Source of the DNA: Deltaproteobacteria bacterium
GTDB taxonomy: Bacteria > Myxococcota_A > Polyangia > JAAYKL01
Length of the DNA: 64,000 nucleotides
Reading direction: 5' to 3'
Assembly (NCBI GenBank): GCA_016937015.1
Contig: JAFGWT010000161.1
Span: forward strand, 11,130-75,129
In this document: positions 1-10,191 of the stretch, piece by piece
Layout of the letters: each line of letters starts with the position of its first letter
Position numbering within the stretch: position 1 is the stretch's first letter
Made by a program: the position numbers and the translations under genes
Notes under the pieces: generated by a model
What the model saw: only the letters and a program-made list of their open reading frames with translations
What the model was told of the DNA's origin: nothing
The model's database searches: none

Positions 1-483
1 AAATATCGGGACTGGTGCTGGGAGCAACTGGGCAGACAGAACCTGGAAGACCTTGCGGATCAACTTTGCTGCAACTGGGATCAGGTGCGCGAAATGGCAC
101 ACGATCCCAACATCATTATTGGTGCCCATTCGGTAACACACTCGCCGCTGGCCTTGGTTTCTGCACCGCAACTTGGAATTGAAGTCCGCGACAGTCGTAA
201 AATCATTGAGTCGAAAATTGATATGCCAGTGGATCACTTTGCATATCCGTATGGCTCTGTTTCCATGCGAGTCATTGAGGAAGTTAAAAAGGCCGGCTAT
301 TCCACCGCGGTAACAACAACATGCTGCAATTTGTTTGAACAAAATGCACGGCATATTCATGCTCTTCCACGGATTTCCTGGGGAGCGAACGACGAAACGA
401 CTTTTAATACCGCAGTAAGCGGCGCTGACTCATTTATACTGTTTCGGGGACAAAGGTTTACGACTCGGGGCATTCCCGATTGA
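1..483 (+). CDS. Polysaccharide deacetylase (CE4/NodB-type), 3' fragment; gene starts upstream of the window
   Basis: Frame +1 has no stop from base 1 to TGA 481-483; the track entry 85..483 is only the first GTG. GAHSVTHSPL and DHFAYPYG resemble the His-containing CE4 motifs. The gene lies at the edge of an EPS locus. Confidence 0.6.
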   Translation, partial: KYRDWCWEQLGRQNLEDLADQLCCNWDQVREMAHDPNIIIGAHSVTHSPLALVSAPQLGIEVRDSRKIIESKIDMPVDHFAYPYGSVSMRVIEEVKKAGYSTAVTTTCCNLFEQNARHIHALPRISWGANDETTFNTAVSGADSFILFRGQRFTTRGIPD

Positions 484-581
484 CCAGTCTTACCTGACCG
501 CTTTGAACCGCCATTCCCGGCACTGGCGTTGAATTATCGGTTATTCACTGCTATTGGAAGCGGTAAAGGACAGCGTCAGGT

Positions 582-1640
582 TTATTTTCCTTCACTCACT
601 GCAGAATCGATTTCGGGGTGATGCCTCTTTGGCTTTATTCCCAGAAAGACGAATTGTGTGAGTGACATTTTCGACAGCACTTTTTCCGCGCAAATAGCGA
701 ACACAACGCCGCAGAGTATTTTCATTACGAATTGTGGCCAATAACTATATGAATACAGGGGAGATATCAGCCGTGTCAGCCTCTCACCTGCTGACACTCC
801 AAAGGCGTGGAAAAGGTAAATTGAGTAGGAATACTTACCAAGAAAACTCAGTGGCGTAACGTTTCGGCGCCATCGAAAAAAAATGTAAACCAGCGCCAGT
901 CCGACCACTGAGGCAAGCGGACCATTGGTGTCCAGACGTATTTCGAATATTCCGCCTTTGGCCAGGTGTTGCATGAAAATGCCCACCACTGCAGTACCTG
1001 TCATCATAAGTATGACAACGCGATTTTGAAGCTGTGCGGAAAAACGTCGGAGCGAACAGCCCCAGAGAAAATACGGCAGGATGTATAGAAATCCGTCCAA
1101 TGCTTCAATATTCAATTCCGGGACGAAAATGCGTACAAGTGAAGTTAAAACTATGAGCATAAGCATGACGTTTAAGGAGTTGAGTGCACGAAACCTTTCG
1201 AGTGCCGCGATAGTAAGAAAAACCAGTGCCAGCGATTGGAGAAACCAGAATTGCGCATAGCCAAAGATATATATTTTCCACCACCCGGATATGCTGTGCC
1301 CCGCAAGCAGAGCTGAAACAAAATACTGCACGGTTGATACAGAGATGAGTGGCAGCAGAATGCGTTGTGTTTTGATGACCAGAAAATTTTTCCAGTTGTC
1401 TGGTTGAACAGGGCGAAAAGCGTAAACGTAGCCGGATATGGCGGTAAAGAGGGGCATCATCAAATAGGCAAAGCTAAAAGTGAAATAGTGGTAAGAGTCT
1501 CCCGCATCGCTGTTGACGGAATGCAACATTACGACGAGAAGGATAGCGATTCCGCGCAGGGTCTCGAGCGATAGATCTCTATCCTTTGGTATTAATTTTT
1601 TTCTAGAACTTTGTGATTCTGATACTGCAGTGAAAATCAT
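582..1640 (-). CDS. Membrane O-acyltransferase, acyltransferase-3 family (OatA/WecH-like)
   Basis: 352 aa, hydrophobic throughout (about 10 TM segments). N-terminal RDLSLETLRGIAILLVVMLH matches the conserved start of Acyl_transf_3 proteins. EPS context. Confidence 0.8.
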   Translation of the reverse strand: MIFTAVSESQSSRKKLIPKDRDLSLETLRGIAILLVVMLHSVNSDAGDSYHYFTFSFAYLMMPLFTAISGYVYAFRPVQPDNWKNFLVIKTQRILLPLISVSTVQYFVSALLAGHSISGWWKIYIFGYAQFWFLQSLALVFLTIAALERFRALNSLNVMLMLIVLTSLVRIFVPELNIEALDGFLYILPYFLWGCSLRRFSAQLQNRVVILMMTGTAVVGIFMQHLAKGGIFEIRLDTNGPLASVVGLALVYIFFRWRRNVTPLSFLGKYSYSIYLFHAFGVSAGERLTRLISPLYSYSYWPQFVMKILCGVVFAICAEKVLSKMSLTQFVFLGIKPKRHHPEIDSAVSEGK

Positions 1641-1840
1641 GTGATGCCCTGATGATTACGAATATATGATATGCAATCAATAAAATGAGTTGCGTGTTTA
1701 TTACTCATACCACAACCTGAAATGATGCTGAAGTCACCAGTTCGAAATTGGCTGTATCTGATTGGGTACCGGTATAGGGATTTCTTTGCCAATGATTATA
1801 TCCATAATTGTTGTTTTTGTTTGTCATTTAATGTTGGTCA

Positions 1841-2947
1841 ATGTTAATGTGCACACCCAAAATGACCAAATGGAGTTTGCCAATGACTGACAAAAGAAAC
1901 TCACGGGTCGCTATTTTGTTGGATACTGAACCCAGCGAAGAGTTGCGAAAAAAAATAGACGCTGGCACTGCGCCGCGTCGTGACTATTTTATGCTTCAGG
2001 AGCATTACGGCGCAACGCTGCTTTTTCCCGAAAGCAAAACAGTATTGGGAGAGTTTCTGTACAAGTTCGCCAAAATTGACTTGGATAGCGCCCTTGTTGG
2101 GTACCGGAATCGCAAGGACTATGATTTGGTAATTACTGTGTCCGAGCAGATTGGTCTTCCGCTTGGCGCACTATTGAATTTTAGCCGTTCAAAGATGAAA
2201 CATGTGTTGCTCGCGCACCAGCCCGCAATTTGGAAAAAAATAATTTTCATGTATCTGACAGGGGCTTATCGCGGAATTGACAGCTTTGTATGTTATGGTA
2301 AAAAGCAGGCGACTCTTCTCAAAAAAAGACTGGTATTTGTTAAGGAAGCGCAGGTTTCCGTTATTTTACATCCCGCTGATCATCTGTTTTGGAAACCGAA
2401 AGGGAAAAGAAAGGAACGGGAAATCCTAACTGCAGGTTTGGAATACAGAGATTATTCTACTTTTCTCGATGCGATTGATGGGCTTGATGTGGATGTCTTT
2501 ATTGCCGCTTCAAGTCCGTGGTCAAGACGCAAGGATGAAACCCGGCAGCGGGAGATTCCGGCAAACACCAAAGTTGGCAGGCTTGAGCAGCACGAACTGA
2601 AGAAAAAGCTGGAAGAAGCAACCATTGTTGTTGTGCCGCTGAAACCGGTGGACTTTCAAGCTGGATCTCTTGTGATGTATGAAGCGATGGCGTGTGGAAA
2701 TGCAGTCGTCGCCACGCGCACAGCTTCTCATGCCGAAGGGGAAATTATTCAGGACGGAGAAAATGGACTACTGGTGCCTCCCTGCAATGCGAAAGCGCTT
2801 CGCGATGCCATATTGCGACTCATCGAGGATGACAATTTTAGAGCACGACTTGGGCGAGCGGCGCGGAATACCGTGGAGCAAGGGTTGAATCTCGATAAAT
2901 ATATGGCACAGTTGACATCACTCGTGGATAGTTTTCTCGACAGGTAG
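1841..2947 (+). CDS. Glycosyltransferase, GT4 family (GT-B fold)
   Basis: C-terminal signature SLVMYEAMACGNAVVATRTASHAEGEIIQDGENGLLVPP (Glycos_transf_1 type). The true start may be the internal ATG at about 1883 (MTDKRNSRVAILLD). Confidence 0.85.
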   Translation: MLMCTPKMTKWSLPMTDKRNSRVAILLDTEPSEELRKKIDAGTAPRRDYFMLQEHYGATLLFPESKTVLGEFLYKFAKIDLDSALVGYRNRKDYDLVITVSEQIGLPLGALLNFSRSKMKHVLLAHQPAIWKKIIFMYLTGAYRGIDSFVCYGKKQATLLKKRLVFVKEAQVSVILHPADHLFWKPKGKRKEREILTAGLEYRDYSTFLDAIDGLDVDVFIAASSPWSRRKDETRQREIPANTKVGRLEQHELKKKLEEATIVVVPLKPVDFQAGSLVMYEAMACGNAVVATRTASHAEGEIIQDGENGLLVPPCNAKALRDAILRLIEDDNFRARLGRAARNTVEQGLNLDKYMAQLTSLVDSFLDR

Positions 2948-2982
2948 TTTCGCAGATTAATTTTCGTTTACATGGAACCCAA

Positions 2983-4635
2983 ATGACCCAAATCATATTA
3001 CAACCACTACCAGACATTCAGGAAAAAAGGCCACTGGTTAGTTTGGTTTTGTCCACCTATAATCGCCCAGATGGATTGGGTGAGCTTCTTGCTGCAATTG
3101 GATCCCAAACCATGAATAGAGAGGACTTCGAAGTCATCATTGTCGATGATGGTTCGAAAGTGCCTGTGAAACCGATTATTGATTCTCAACCTCATCCATT
3201 TAACCTTACGGTTATTGAGCAGGAAAATGGTGGACAGGCGATTGCCCGTCATCGCGGAATTCAGCTTGCCAAAGGTGAGCTTATTATCATCATCGATGAC
3301 GATATGTGGGTTCCGGATGATTTTATTGAAGCGCATTTGCGTTGCCATCAGCAGCGCGCACGTGTTGTACTCGGGGATATTCGTCCCACCAGAGATATTG
3401 CAAAACGTCCTATTTTTGAGCGTGCTCAGGCATACCAATTTGCTCGTTTTGGTGAACGTATGAAACGGGGTGAGCCCGCAAAAGGTAATTTTTGGACGGG
3501 GAACGTATCGTTTCGAAAAAGCGACTACGAACTGGTTGGTGGATTCGACCCCAGCCTGCGGCGCTCAGAAGATAAGGAACTCGGCATTCGCTTTGAAAAA
3601 TTGATGGGACATCTTGGCAATGAAGCGCGGGTTTGGTCAGAAAGCGCGTACGTCATCCACAACTCGGACCACGATCAGAAACATTTTTGGCTAAATCGTT
3701 CATTTAATTACGGCATTTATGATTCCAGAATTGGAAAGAAACACCACGATTTTTCGGATGCGAATCCATGGTCGTTTATTTTTAAAGTGAACCCGATGTC
3801 GAGAGTGCCACTTATGATGACAGTGGCAGCGCCTTCTGTGGCCAAAAACTGGAGCGCATGGACATTATCCATTGCTGAGCAAATTGATAAACTTGGGGCC
3901 GAAAAAGCGGCAATCGCCATTACTACGCTGGCCTACGGATTGAATTACTTTCGAGGAGTTCGTGAAGAGGCTGGAAGCCTGAAACAATCGATACAGGATA
4001 TGGAAGAATATTTGCGCAAAATCGATACTCCGGAGTCGGGTGCTCAGTTGAGAAACTGGGCGGCGGCCGCAGTTAAATTCAAAGTAAGAGTCGCTGCCGA
4101 TGTTGCCAAAATCAGGAATCGACATCGGATTCAACATGATGGTCAGGATGCGTCTTCGGCAAAAGTGATTGCTCACGACGTTGGACTGCAGATTCTTTTA
4201 GGTGTGCGGTTGATGCAGTTTTTCAGAGATACCGGTCAAAGCATGCAGTCAAATATAGTTTCCCGTATGATACGGCATCTGTACGCAGCCGATATTCACC
4301 CTGATGCAAAAATTGAACCGGGAATATCAATTGTCCACGGTAACGGCGTTGTCATTGGTGGTGATGTAACCATCGGAAAAGGGTGCATTATTTTTCAAAA
4401 CGCAACATTGGGAGATGGAAGAGACCCGATTACCGGAAAAACTGGTTCTCCAACGCTTGGGGAGAATGTGCATATTGGTCCTGGCAGTAGTTTGTTTGGT
4501 CCAATCACTGTGGGGGCGAACAGCAAATTAATGGCGGGGACGGTTCTTGTTGAATCACTGCCTCCCAATAGTCGCGCAAAACCAGCGGATACAAAAATTT
4601 CCGCACGGGACGATAAAAAACATCCCGCCCGGTGA
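2983..4635 (+). CDS. Bifunctional fusion: GT2 glycosyltransferase (N-terminal) + CysE-like hexapeptide-repeat O-acetyltransferase (C-terminal)
   Basis: N-terminal VSLVLSTYNRPDGLGELL, EVIIVDDGS and IIIIDDDMWV (DxD) are GT2 hallmarks. The C-terminal part (about 4180-4635) reads IHPDAKIEPGISIVHGNGVVIGGDVTIGKGCIIFQNATLG...PTLGENVHIGPGSSLFGPITVGANSKLMAGTVLVESLPP, a left-handed beta-helix like serine acetyltransferase. Confidence 0.8.
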   Translation: MTQIILQPLPDIQEKRPLVSLVLSTYNRPDGLGELLAAIGSQTMNREDFEVIIVDDGSKVPVKPIIDSQPHPFNLTVIEQENGGQAIARHRGIQLAKGELIIIIDDDMWVPDDFIEAHLRCHQQRARVVLGDIRPTRDIAKRPIFERAQAYQFARFGERMKRGEPAKGNFWTGNVSFRKSDYELVGGFDPSLRRSEDKELGIRFEKLMGHLGNEARVWSESAYVIHNSDHDQKHFWLNRSFNYGIYDSRIGKKHHDFSDANPWSFIFKVNPMSRVPLMMTVAAPSVAKNWSAWTLSIAEQIDKLGAEKAAIAITTLAYGLNYFRGVREEAGSLKQSIQDMEEYLRKIDTPESGAQLRNWAAAAVKFKVRVAADVAKIRNRHRIQHDGQDASSAKVIAHDVGLQILLGVRLMQFFRDTGQSMQSNIVSRMIRHLYAADIHPDAKIEPGISIVHGNGVVIGGDVTIGKGCIIFQNATLGDGRDPITGKTGSPTLGENVHIGPGSSLFGPITVGANSKLMAGTVLVESLPPNSRAKPADTKISARDDKKHPAR

Positions 4636-4799
4636 TGTTGGGACGCGCCAGTTTTTACTCCATGCGCAATATGTGTAACGAATAATATACGTGAAACGAA
4701 TTTTTTTTATGACTATCTGGGTTAAACTTTTGCGATGCGTAGCAATGCCGTACATGCGATAGATTTTTTTTCCAAATTCGTATACGTGAAGGCTTTGAG

Positions 4800-5915
4800 A
4801 TGAGAACCGGTATCTTTGCAGAGTGTGCTCGAGAGCCGGAATTACCTATGAAGACGGCTAGTGTAATTATCGACAATTACAATTACGGTCACTTTCTTCG
4901 TAAAGCAATCGACAGCGTATTGGAGCAGAAGAGGATTCCTGAAGAGATAATTGTAGTGGATGATGGATCCACAGATAATTCAGCGGAGATTATTCGATCC
5001 TACGGTGACAGGGTGATTCCTGTTTTCAAGGAGAATGGCGGCCATGGATCGGCGTTTAACGCGGGATTTCGACGAGCGTCAGGGGATGCCATTTTCTTTT
5101 TAGATGCCGACGATGCCATGAAGCCGCTGGCCATTGACACTGTTTTACGTAAATGGAAACCCGGGGTCGTGATGGTTCACTATTATATGCAGGTCATTGA
5201 TGCACAGGGAAAGCCGAGTGGTGTTTATCCATCAAAAGTTGAAGGGTTGGCTGATGGGCATGTTGTGAGTCAATTGCTTGAGACCGGGGCTTTCCCAACC
5301 ACATTAACCAGTGGATTGGCTTTTTCCAGAGATGCACTGGACAAAGTGTTTCCCATTGACGAAACTGTTTTCAGGCAGGCGGCCGATGGATATCTCGTCC
5401 GTGCTGTCGGAATTCAGGGACCGGTCCAGACTATTGATCAGTGCCTCGCCATTTGGACCAGGCATGGTGCAAATGATTCGCGAATTGCACCCGATTACGA
5501 CGGCATGTTGAAAAGTATTCGAAGACAGATGATGTACATGAAAAACGAACTGGGTGAGGTTCCACGACTGGCAAAGCAGTTTGGATACGAAGCGCCTGCC
5601 AGGGTCGAAGATAGGAATTTGAAATATTTGTATTATCGCCTTATTTCATTAACAATGGATCCTGTGGGGCATCCAATTTCCGACGATTCGTCTTTCAGTT
5701 TGTGGAAAATGTTCTGTCAGGCGCGCCTCAAAGAATCGAGGCCGTTTACACAAAAAATTACTGGAACCGTTTTAGCGTCATTGGTTTTTGCCGCGCCCGC
5801 ATCTCTTTCAATACCGATTGTCCGTTTTCGCATGGTATCTGATTCTCGACCTGATTGGGTAAAAACGATTGACAGATTCCGGAGATATTTGAAAATTTAT
5901 CACTCGAATATTTGA
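4800..5915 (+). CDS. Glycosyltransferase, GT2 family
   Basis: ASVIIDNYNYGHFLRKAIDSVLEQ, EIIVVDDGSTDNS, FLDADD. The likely true start is ATG 4848 (MKTASVII). Confidence 0.8.
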   Translation: MRTGIFAECAREPELPMKTASVIIDNYNYGHFLRKAIDSVLEQKRIPEEIIVVDDGSTDNSAEIIRSYGDRVIPVFKENGGHGSAFNAGFRRASGDAIFFLDADDAMKPLAIDTVLRKWKPGVVMVHYYMQVIDAQGKPSGVYPSKVEGLADGHVVSQLLETGAFPTTLTSGLAFSRDALDKVFPIDETVFRQAADGYLVRAVGIQGPVQTIDQCLAIWTRHGANDSRIAPDYDGMLKSIRRQMMYMKNELGEVPRLAKQFGYEAPARVEDRNLKYLYYRLISLTMDPVGHPISDDSSFSLWKMFCQARLKESRPFTQKITGTVLASLVFAAPASLSIPIVRFRMVSDSRPDWVKTIDRFRRYLKIYHSNI

Positions 5916-5955
5916 GTGCGCAGTTATCGAACCGGCATAGCATAAAGATGCTGGT

Positions 5956-7431
5956 TCATATCGCTTTTAATTTTCTAGACAAATTGGCGACCATAGCTCC
6001 GGTCGACGTAAGAAGCAGGATGCCTTTTAGGCTAATAGCCCCCATATCCCCAAACGCCATCACCAGATAGATGATCACAGAACAGATTGCCATCAATGAT
6101 ACGATGCGTTGCTGGGGCGTTTGGGCGAACCTGTAGACCCGAACGGCAAGAAAAATAGTTACCATCAAAGGAGAGAAAAGAAAAAACAGGCCCACTCCCC
6201 CCATAATGTACGATAGCCACAGCAGATGATTGTGAGCCAGATATCGGTACCACTCGTAACCCAGCTTAAAAGACGGAATTATTTCTTTGTATGGGAATCC
6301 AAATCCTGTTCCGATAACAGGATTGCCGCTGATGGTGTGAATGAGATTGATGTTTTCAACTTTGCGAGATAGTGTGGACGGGTCAGTGGAATCGCTTACG
6401 GATGTAAATGCATGAACAGGCGCAAATATTTTCGAACCCGAATTCATGCCAACCCCAATATACAAGAACACTGCTGGCAGCAGGTACATTGAAATTTTGT
6501 TTATTTTCTTTCGAACTTGCGGGGCTAGAAAGAAGTAAAGCGTGATGACACAAGCGCCCATGGCTACGTAGCATACACGTCTGTCATTTATGGCGCTCCC
6601 CCACAAAATTATACCACCAAAGCCCAGTAGGCTGAGCAGTGACCGAATATTGTTTTTTTCTATCGCTGTTATAACGAGCAGCATGATGGCGCCAGCAAAG
6701 CCAAAGGAATCGTCGTGCGTCATTACGTATTCATAATCTAAGCCAGATGGCTTCAGCATTGAAAAGTAGTACCACGCTCCCTCGGCAATTCTGAGTATGC
6801 TGATTCCAACAAGCATTTTTGCGTAGACAGGATACATTTGTTCATCTTTGAACGCTCGCATGCATGCGATATAGGACAATGCGCAAAACGCCAGTGTGCT
6901 CATCTGCAATGGCATAATCGAAGTATCACCGCCTCTTAAAATCCCGCGAACTGTGCTGAATGAAACTGCCAACAGTGCGCCGAATGCAGCGATTTTTAGA
7001 GAACGCGCTGCTTTAAGGTCTAAATGTCCGTCTAAATTATTATTCAGCAGTGTACGCAGGAAAATGATGAATAAAAAAGTAAACAGGGCTATCTGGATGG
7101 CACTGATTTTCAAAGGTGAGATACCTGTCAAGTTGCTTATGTTTCCAAACAGAAAGTCTCCAACAAGTGTAAAAGGCCCCCTCCACTTACCTTCGTGAGG
7201 CGTTTCACCACTTGAGGTTAGTAGCAAGGCAGCCCCGTAAAGCGTCATGACGGAATATTTCAGTGGGGCGTTGAATAGCGCTATAACTGCAAGATAGACA
7301 AACGTCGGGACCATTGCGGCAGCAACGTTTCCACCTGATACTATGAGAAAACCGACACTTATCAGAATCACAATAACCGCGATAAGGATGGTGGAAAAAG
7401 ATATGGGAATTTTGTTTTTACGAACAACCAT
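5956..7431 (-). CDS. O-antigen ligase/polymerase-like membrane protein (Wzy-type)
   Basis: 491 aa with 10 or more TM segments. A loop reading NPVIGTGFGFPYKE...YLAHNHLLWLSYIMGGVGLFF resembles the Wzy_C/O-antigen ligase signature. A Wzx flippase is present in the same locus. Confidence 0.65.
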   Translation of the reverse strand: MVVRKNKIPISFSTILIAVIVILISVGFLIVSGGNVAAAMVPTFVYLAVIALFNAPLKYSVMTLYGAALLLTSSGETPHEGKWRGPFTLVGDFLFGNISNLTGISPLKISAIQIALFTFLFIIFLRTLLNNNLDGHLDLKAARSLKIAAFGALLAVSFSTVRGILRGGDTSIMPLQMSTLAFCALSYIACMRAFKDEQMYPVYAKMLVGISILRIAEGAWYYFSMLKPSGLDYEYVMTHDDSFGFAGAIMLLVITAIEKNNIRSLLSLLGFGGIILWGSAINDRRVCYVAMGACVITLYFFLAPQVRKKINKISMYLLPAVFLYIGVGMNSGSKIFAPVHAFTSVSDSTDPSTLSRKVENINLIHTISGNPVIGTGFGFPYKEIIPSFKLGYEWYRYLAHNHLLWLSYIMGGVGLFFLFSPLMVTIFLAVRVYRFAQTPQQRIVSLMAICSVIIYLVMAFGDMGAISLKGILLLTSTGAMVANLSRKLKAI

Positions 7432-7831
7432 TGATGTTTCAAATATTGCGTATAATTTTTTATTAATTCATTCTTTATTTAACAGAAGGAGCAAGTCAGG
7501 AATTTTGAGTAAACCATCTTTTTTTCGCTTAACAGGTACCTGTTTTTCGATGCAAGTGGCGAATTGGTTTATCGCCTGTTTTCAGTTTCTACTTGGCATA
7601 ATCTATTTTTTCTCTGTGTTCTGCAAGGCCAAAGATAAGTGCTTCAATGCGGGGGCATCACTGGTGAAGCAACATTGTCAATTTTCATATTCTGTTTTAT
7701 TTTACTGTTCAGTCATCGGATATGGCCCTGAACACCTTTTTTACTGCTGAATGGGATTTGAATGTCGTGAGTTTTTGTGATAACTGAAAGCGCGACCTGG
7801 AGTAATTCGAAAGCAACGGAAAGCTAGAAAA

Positions 7832-8005
7832 ATGGACAACATTCTTATTCTATCCATTTTATTTGCAGTATTAGTAATACCTGGATTCTGTGCGACAAAA
7901 TTTCCACCTAAAAAGGGTATGCAGATTGCAATCATTATGTTTGCCGTATTTGTCTTCATTTATATTCAAATTCTAATATATGTAGTCCCGGATTATATTC
8001 TATAA
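7832..8005 (+). CDS. Candidate 57-aa two-TM small membrane protein (below the 60-aa track cutoff)
   Basis: ATG 7832 to TAA 8003-8005 translates as MDNILILSILFAVLVIPGFCATKFPPKKGMQIAIIMFAVFVFIYIQILIYVVPDYIL: two hydrophobic helices joined by a basic loop. It has the same orientation as the downstream GT gene and is antisense to the listed ORF 7741..7959. Confidence 0.3.
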   Translation: MDNILILSILFAVLVIPGFCATKFPPKKGMQIAIIMFAVFVFIYIQILIYVVPDYIL

Positions 8006-8192
8006 ATCGAGATGGTGGAGCATGCGGCAGGTTGTTTTTGAATTTTGTTTTTTTCCAGTTCAGTAAGTCAGGTGGAAATGATGGTGTTCAAAACAGTAGG
8101 ATGCGAAACAAATTGATGATAAGCAATAAACCGCAGAAGAAAGCAATCTTCGAAAGGTCATTGGAACCCTGCAGGTTTTAAGAGAGAGATAT

Positions 8193-9071
8193 ATGCGAAA
8201 TTATAAACATATTGTTTTTACAAGATTCAATGTTCGAATTACTAAAGATATGAATATACCGTCCCGAGGTTTGAATGATGATTGGCTCACCAGACGCATC
8301 GAGTTTTTCGAACAGTTTTGCTTGCCGTCATTGCATGGTCAGTCTAATCAGAATTTTCTTTGGTTCGTGTTGCTGGACACCCAAAGCCCTGACTGGTTGA
8401 AACAAAAAATGCGCGAATATTCTGAGTGGGAGAATTTTAAGCCTATCTACTTGAATGGTTCGCATTCTGAAGCAGATGGCTGCACTGAAGAATTGAAAAT
8501 TGAGATTCGCAAGGAAATTCCGGATTCGTGTAAATATCTTATTACCTCACGGGTAGACAACGACGATGCGCTTGCCACAGGATATATACAACTGGTTCAA
8601 AATCAGTTCAAGGAACAGCAGAGTGCAATTGCTTTCACATCTCCTTTCGGATATCAGTATATTGGCCGGCGCTTGTACGTGGACTTCAGCAGAGATAATC
8701 ATTTCGTCAGCATGATTGAGCCCTATCACCCTGGCTCATTTAAAACTGTAATTGCCAGGGCCCACAATTATCTTTATACTGTCTGTGAGTTGCAATATAT
8801 TTGGACTATCCCGATGTGGGTGGAACACGTTCATGATCACAATTTGGCCAACCAGGATAACTTTGGTTTTCCTGTCTCCTCTGCTGATTTTTGCAGGCGG
8901 TTTGTCACGGATAAGATCGCGTTGGATGATGAACCGGGGCGGGGACTTCCTGGGCAGCAGATAAAATACATTGTATATGGTGTGCCTCGATATGTGGTTA
9001 GAAAAGGCATAAACAGACTGAGATATCATGGCCCGATGTCTGTGCGAAATTTTATTGAATCTTTCTATTGA
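8193..9071 (+). CDS. Putative glycosyltransferase resembling the Rhamno_transf (putative rhamnosyl transferase) family
   Basis: HIVFTRFNVR start, FEQFCLPSLHGQSNQNFLWFVLLD, and ITSRVDNDDALA (DxDD), as I recall for this family. EPS context. The family assignment is from memory only. Confidence 0.5.
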   Translation: MRNYKHIVFTRFNVRITKDMNIPSRGLNDDWLTRRIEFFEQFCLPSLHGQSNQNFLWFVLLDTQSPDWLKQKMREYSEWENFKPIYLNGSHSEADGCTEELKIEIRKEIPDSCKYLITSRVDNDDALATGYIQLVQNQFKEQQSAIAFTSPFGYQYIGRRLYVDFSRDNHFVSMIEPYHPGSFKTVIARAHNYLYTVCELQYIWTIPMWVEHVHDHNLANQDNFGFPVSSADFCRRFVTDKIALDDEPGRGLPGQQIKYIVYGVPRYVVRKGINRLRYHGPMSVRNFIESFY

Positions 9072-9306
9072 TGATGTACAGGGTAGGGTTTACAGGTACG
9101 GAAAGCAATTCATTTTTTATCGGATTTCTACGCGTGGTTGGCCATTTTGCATTAAAAAAGGCTGCCATTTGCTATATTATACAGTGTTGTAAATATGTAG
9201 AGTGGGTACTTCAGGATTAGGATTGGCCTGAGATTGTTTTCAGCAATGGGGGCATCGATTGGGGTGGATGGTCAGGACACTGAGCGAACTCAAAAAAAAG
9301 GTGGCG

Positions 9307-10191
9307 TTACTCCACAACGATTTCAATTTTACCTGCGACTCGAAAAATGAGGAATTCATCGTGATTTCCGCCGGAGAATGGGCCTGGGAGGCTTCCATCT
9401 TTCACATTGCCACTGTCGTGCCAAATCCACATCGCGTCATCCGGAATGTTGGGGTAGTCCGCAGTCCACGGGTTGCTTGTCCAGACCCCGTCCGTTGTGG
9501 GGTCTGTGTTGGGGTCATTGTCATAGGACGATTCACTGAATGGGGTCGCCCAAAGTCCGTTTGTGTGGGCATACGTAATTGCTTCGTCCACCTGCTCCTG
9601 GGTCGGCATCACGTTAGCCGGCCAGGGATCAGGCCAGTAGGGATTTGTTTCCTCATATGCGCCTGCCCCAAAGACCTGCCATACGTCGTCGCCAGTGGTA
9701 ACCAATTTGTTTCTTGATATATTTTTAAAAACACCAATAAATCCCTGCGCAACAAAGTGATCCGAAGCCGTGACCACATAAAGGTGGTCCGTCGGCCGCT
9801 TGTCCTCGGCAGTGAAGAAAAATTCGTCTTTCCAATCGTCGCCATATCCAACAAGTTCGCCTTCGGTTTTCAGCGGCGTTCCAAAATAGACTTCAAAGTA
9901 GTTGTCCGCTGTTAATATCATCTCCCAATCTTCTCCCACGGGGGTAGCGGGCACTGTATCCCGCGTAACGGAGGAATCGGTGTCCGGTTCTGAAGATTGT
10001 GGATCCGTCTGGGGATCATCGCTGTCTGATGGCTGTGCCGATTCTGTGTCATCTGCTGTTGCAGAGTCAGTGCCTCGGTTATTGTCAGTAGAGTATGTCA
10101 TTTCGGTCGATTCTGGGTTTTCAGAGCAACCGAAATACAAAAACAGGCAGCAAATAACGCTGGCTGCGATAAAAAATATCTTTCTTTTCAT
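9307..10191 (-). CDS. Secreted lipoprotein of unknown function (acidic linker + Trp-rich C-terminal domain)
   Basis: MKRKIFFIAASVICCLFLYFGC is a signal peptide plus lipobox Cys (start at ATG 10191 inside track ORF 9307..10236). It is followed by a D/S/T/E/P-rich linker and a roughly 230-aa aromatic-rich domain. Confidence 0.6.
   Translation of the reverse strand: MKRKIFFIAASVICCLFLYFGCSENPESTEMTYSTDNNRGTDSATADDTESAQPSDSDDPQTDPQSSEPDTDSSVTRDTVPATPVGEDWEMILTADNYFEVYFGTPLKTEGELVGYGDDWKDEFFFTAEDKRPTDHLYVVTASDHFVAQGFIGVFKNISRNKLVTTGDDVWQVFGAGAYEETNPYWPDPWPANVMPTQEQVDEAITYAHTNGLWATPFSESSYDNDPNTDPTTDGVWTSNPWTADYPNIPDDAMWIWHDSGNVKDGSLPGPFSGGNHDEFLIFRVAGKIEIVVE

Noticed and set aside
9285-9306. Intrinsic terminator downstream of the minus-strand lipoprotein gene (GTGG...CCAC followed by T8 on the minus strand).
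   Set aside because: The stem is only about 4 bp, which is too weak to call.
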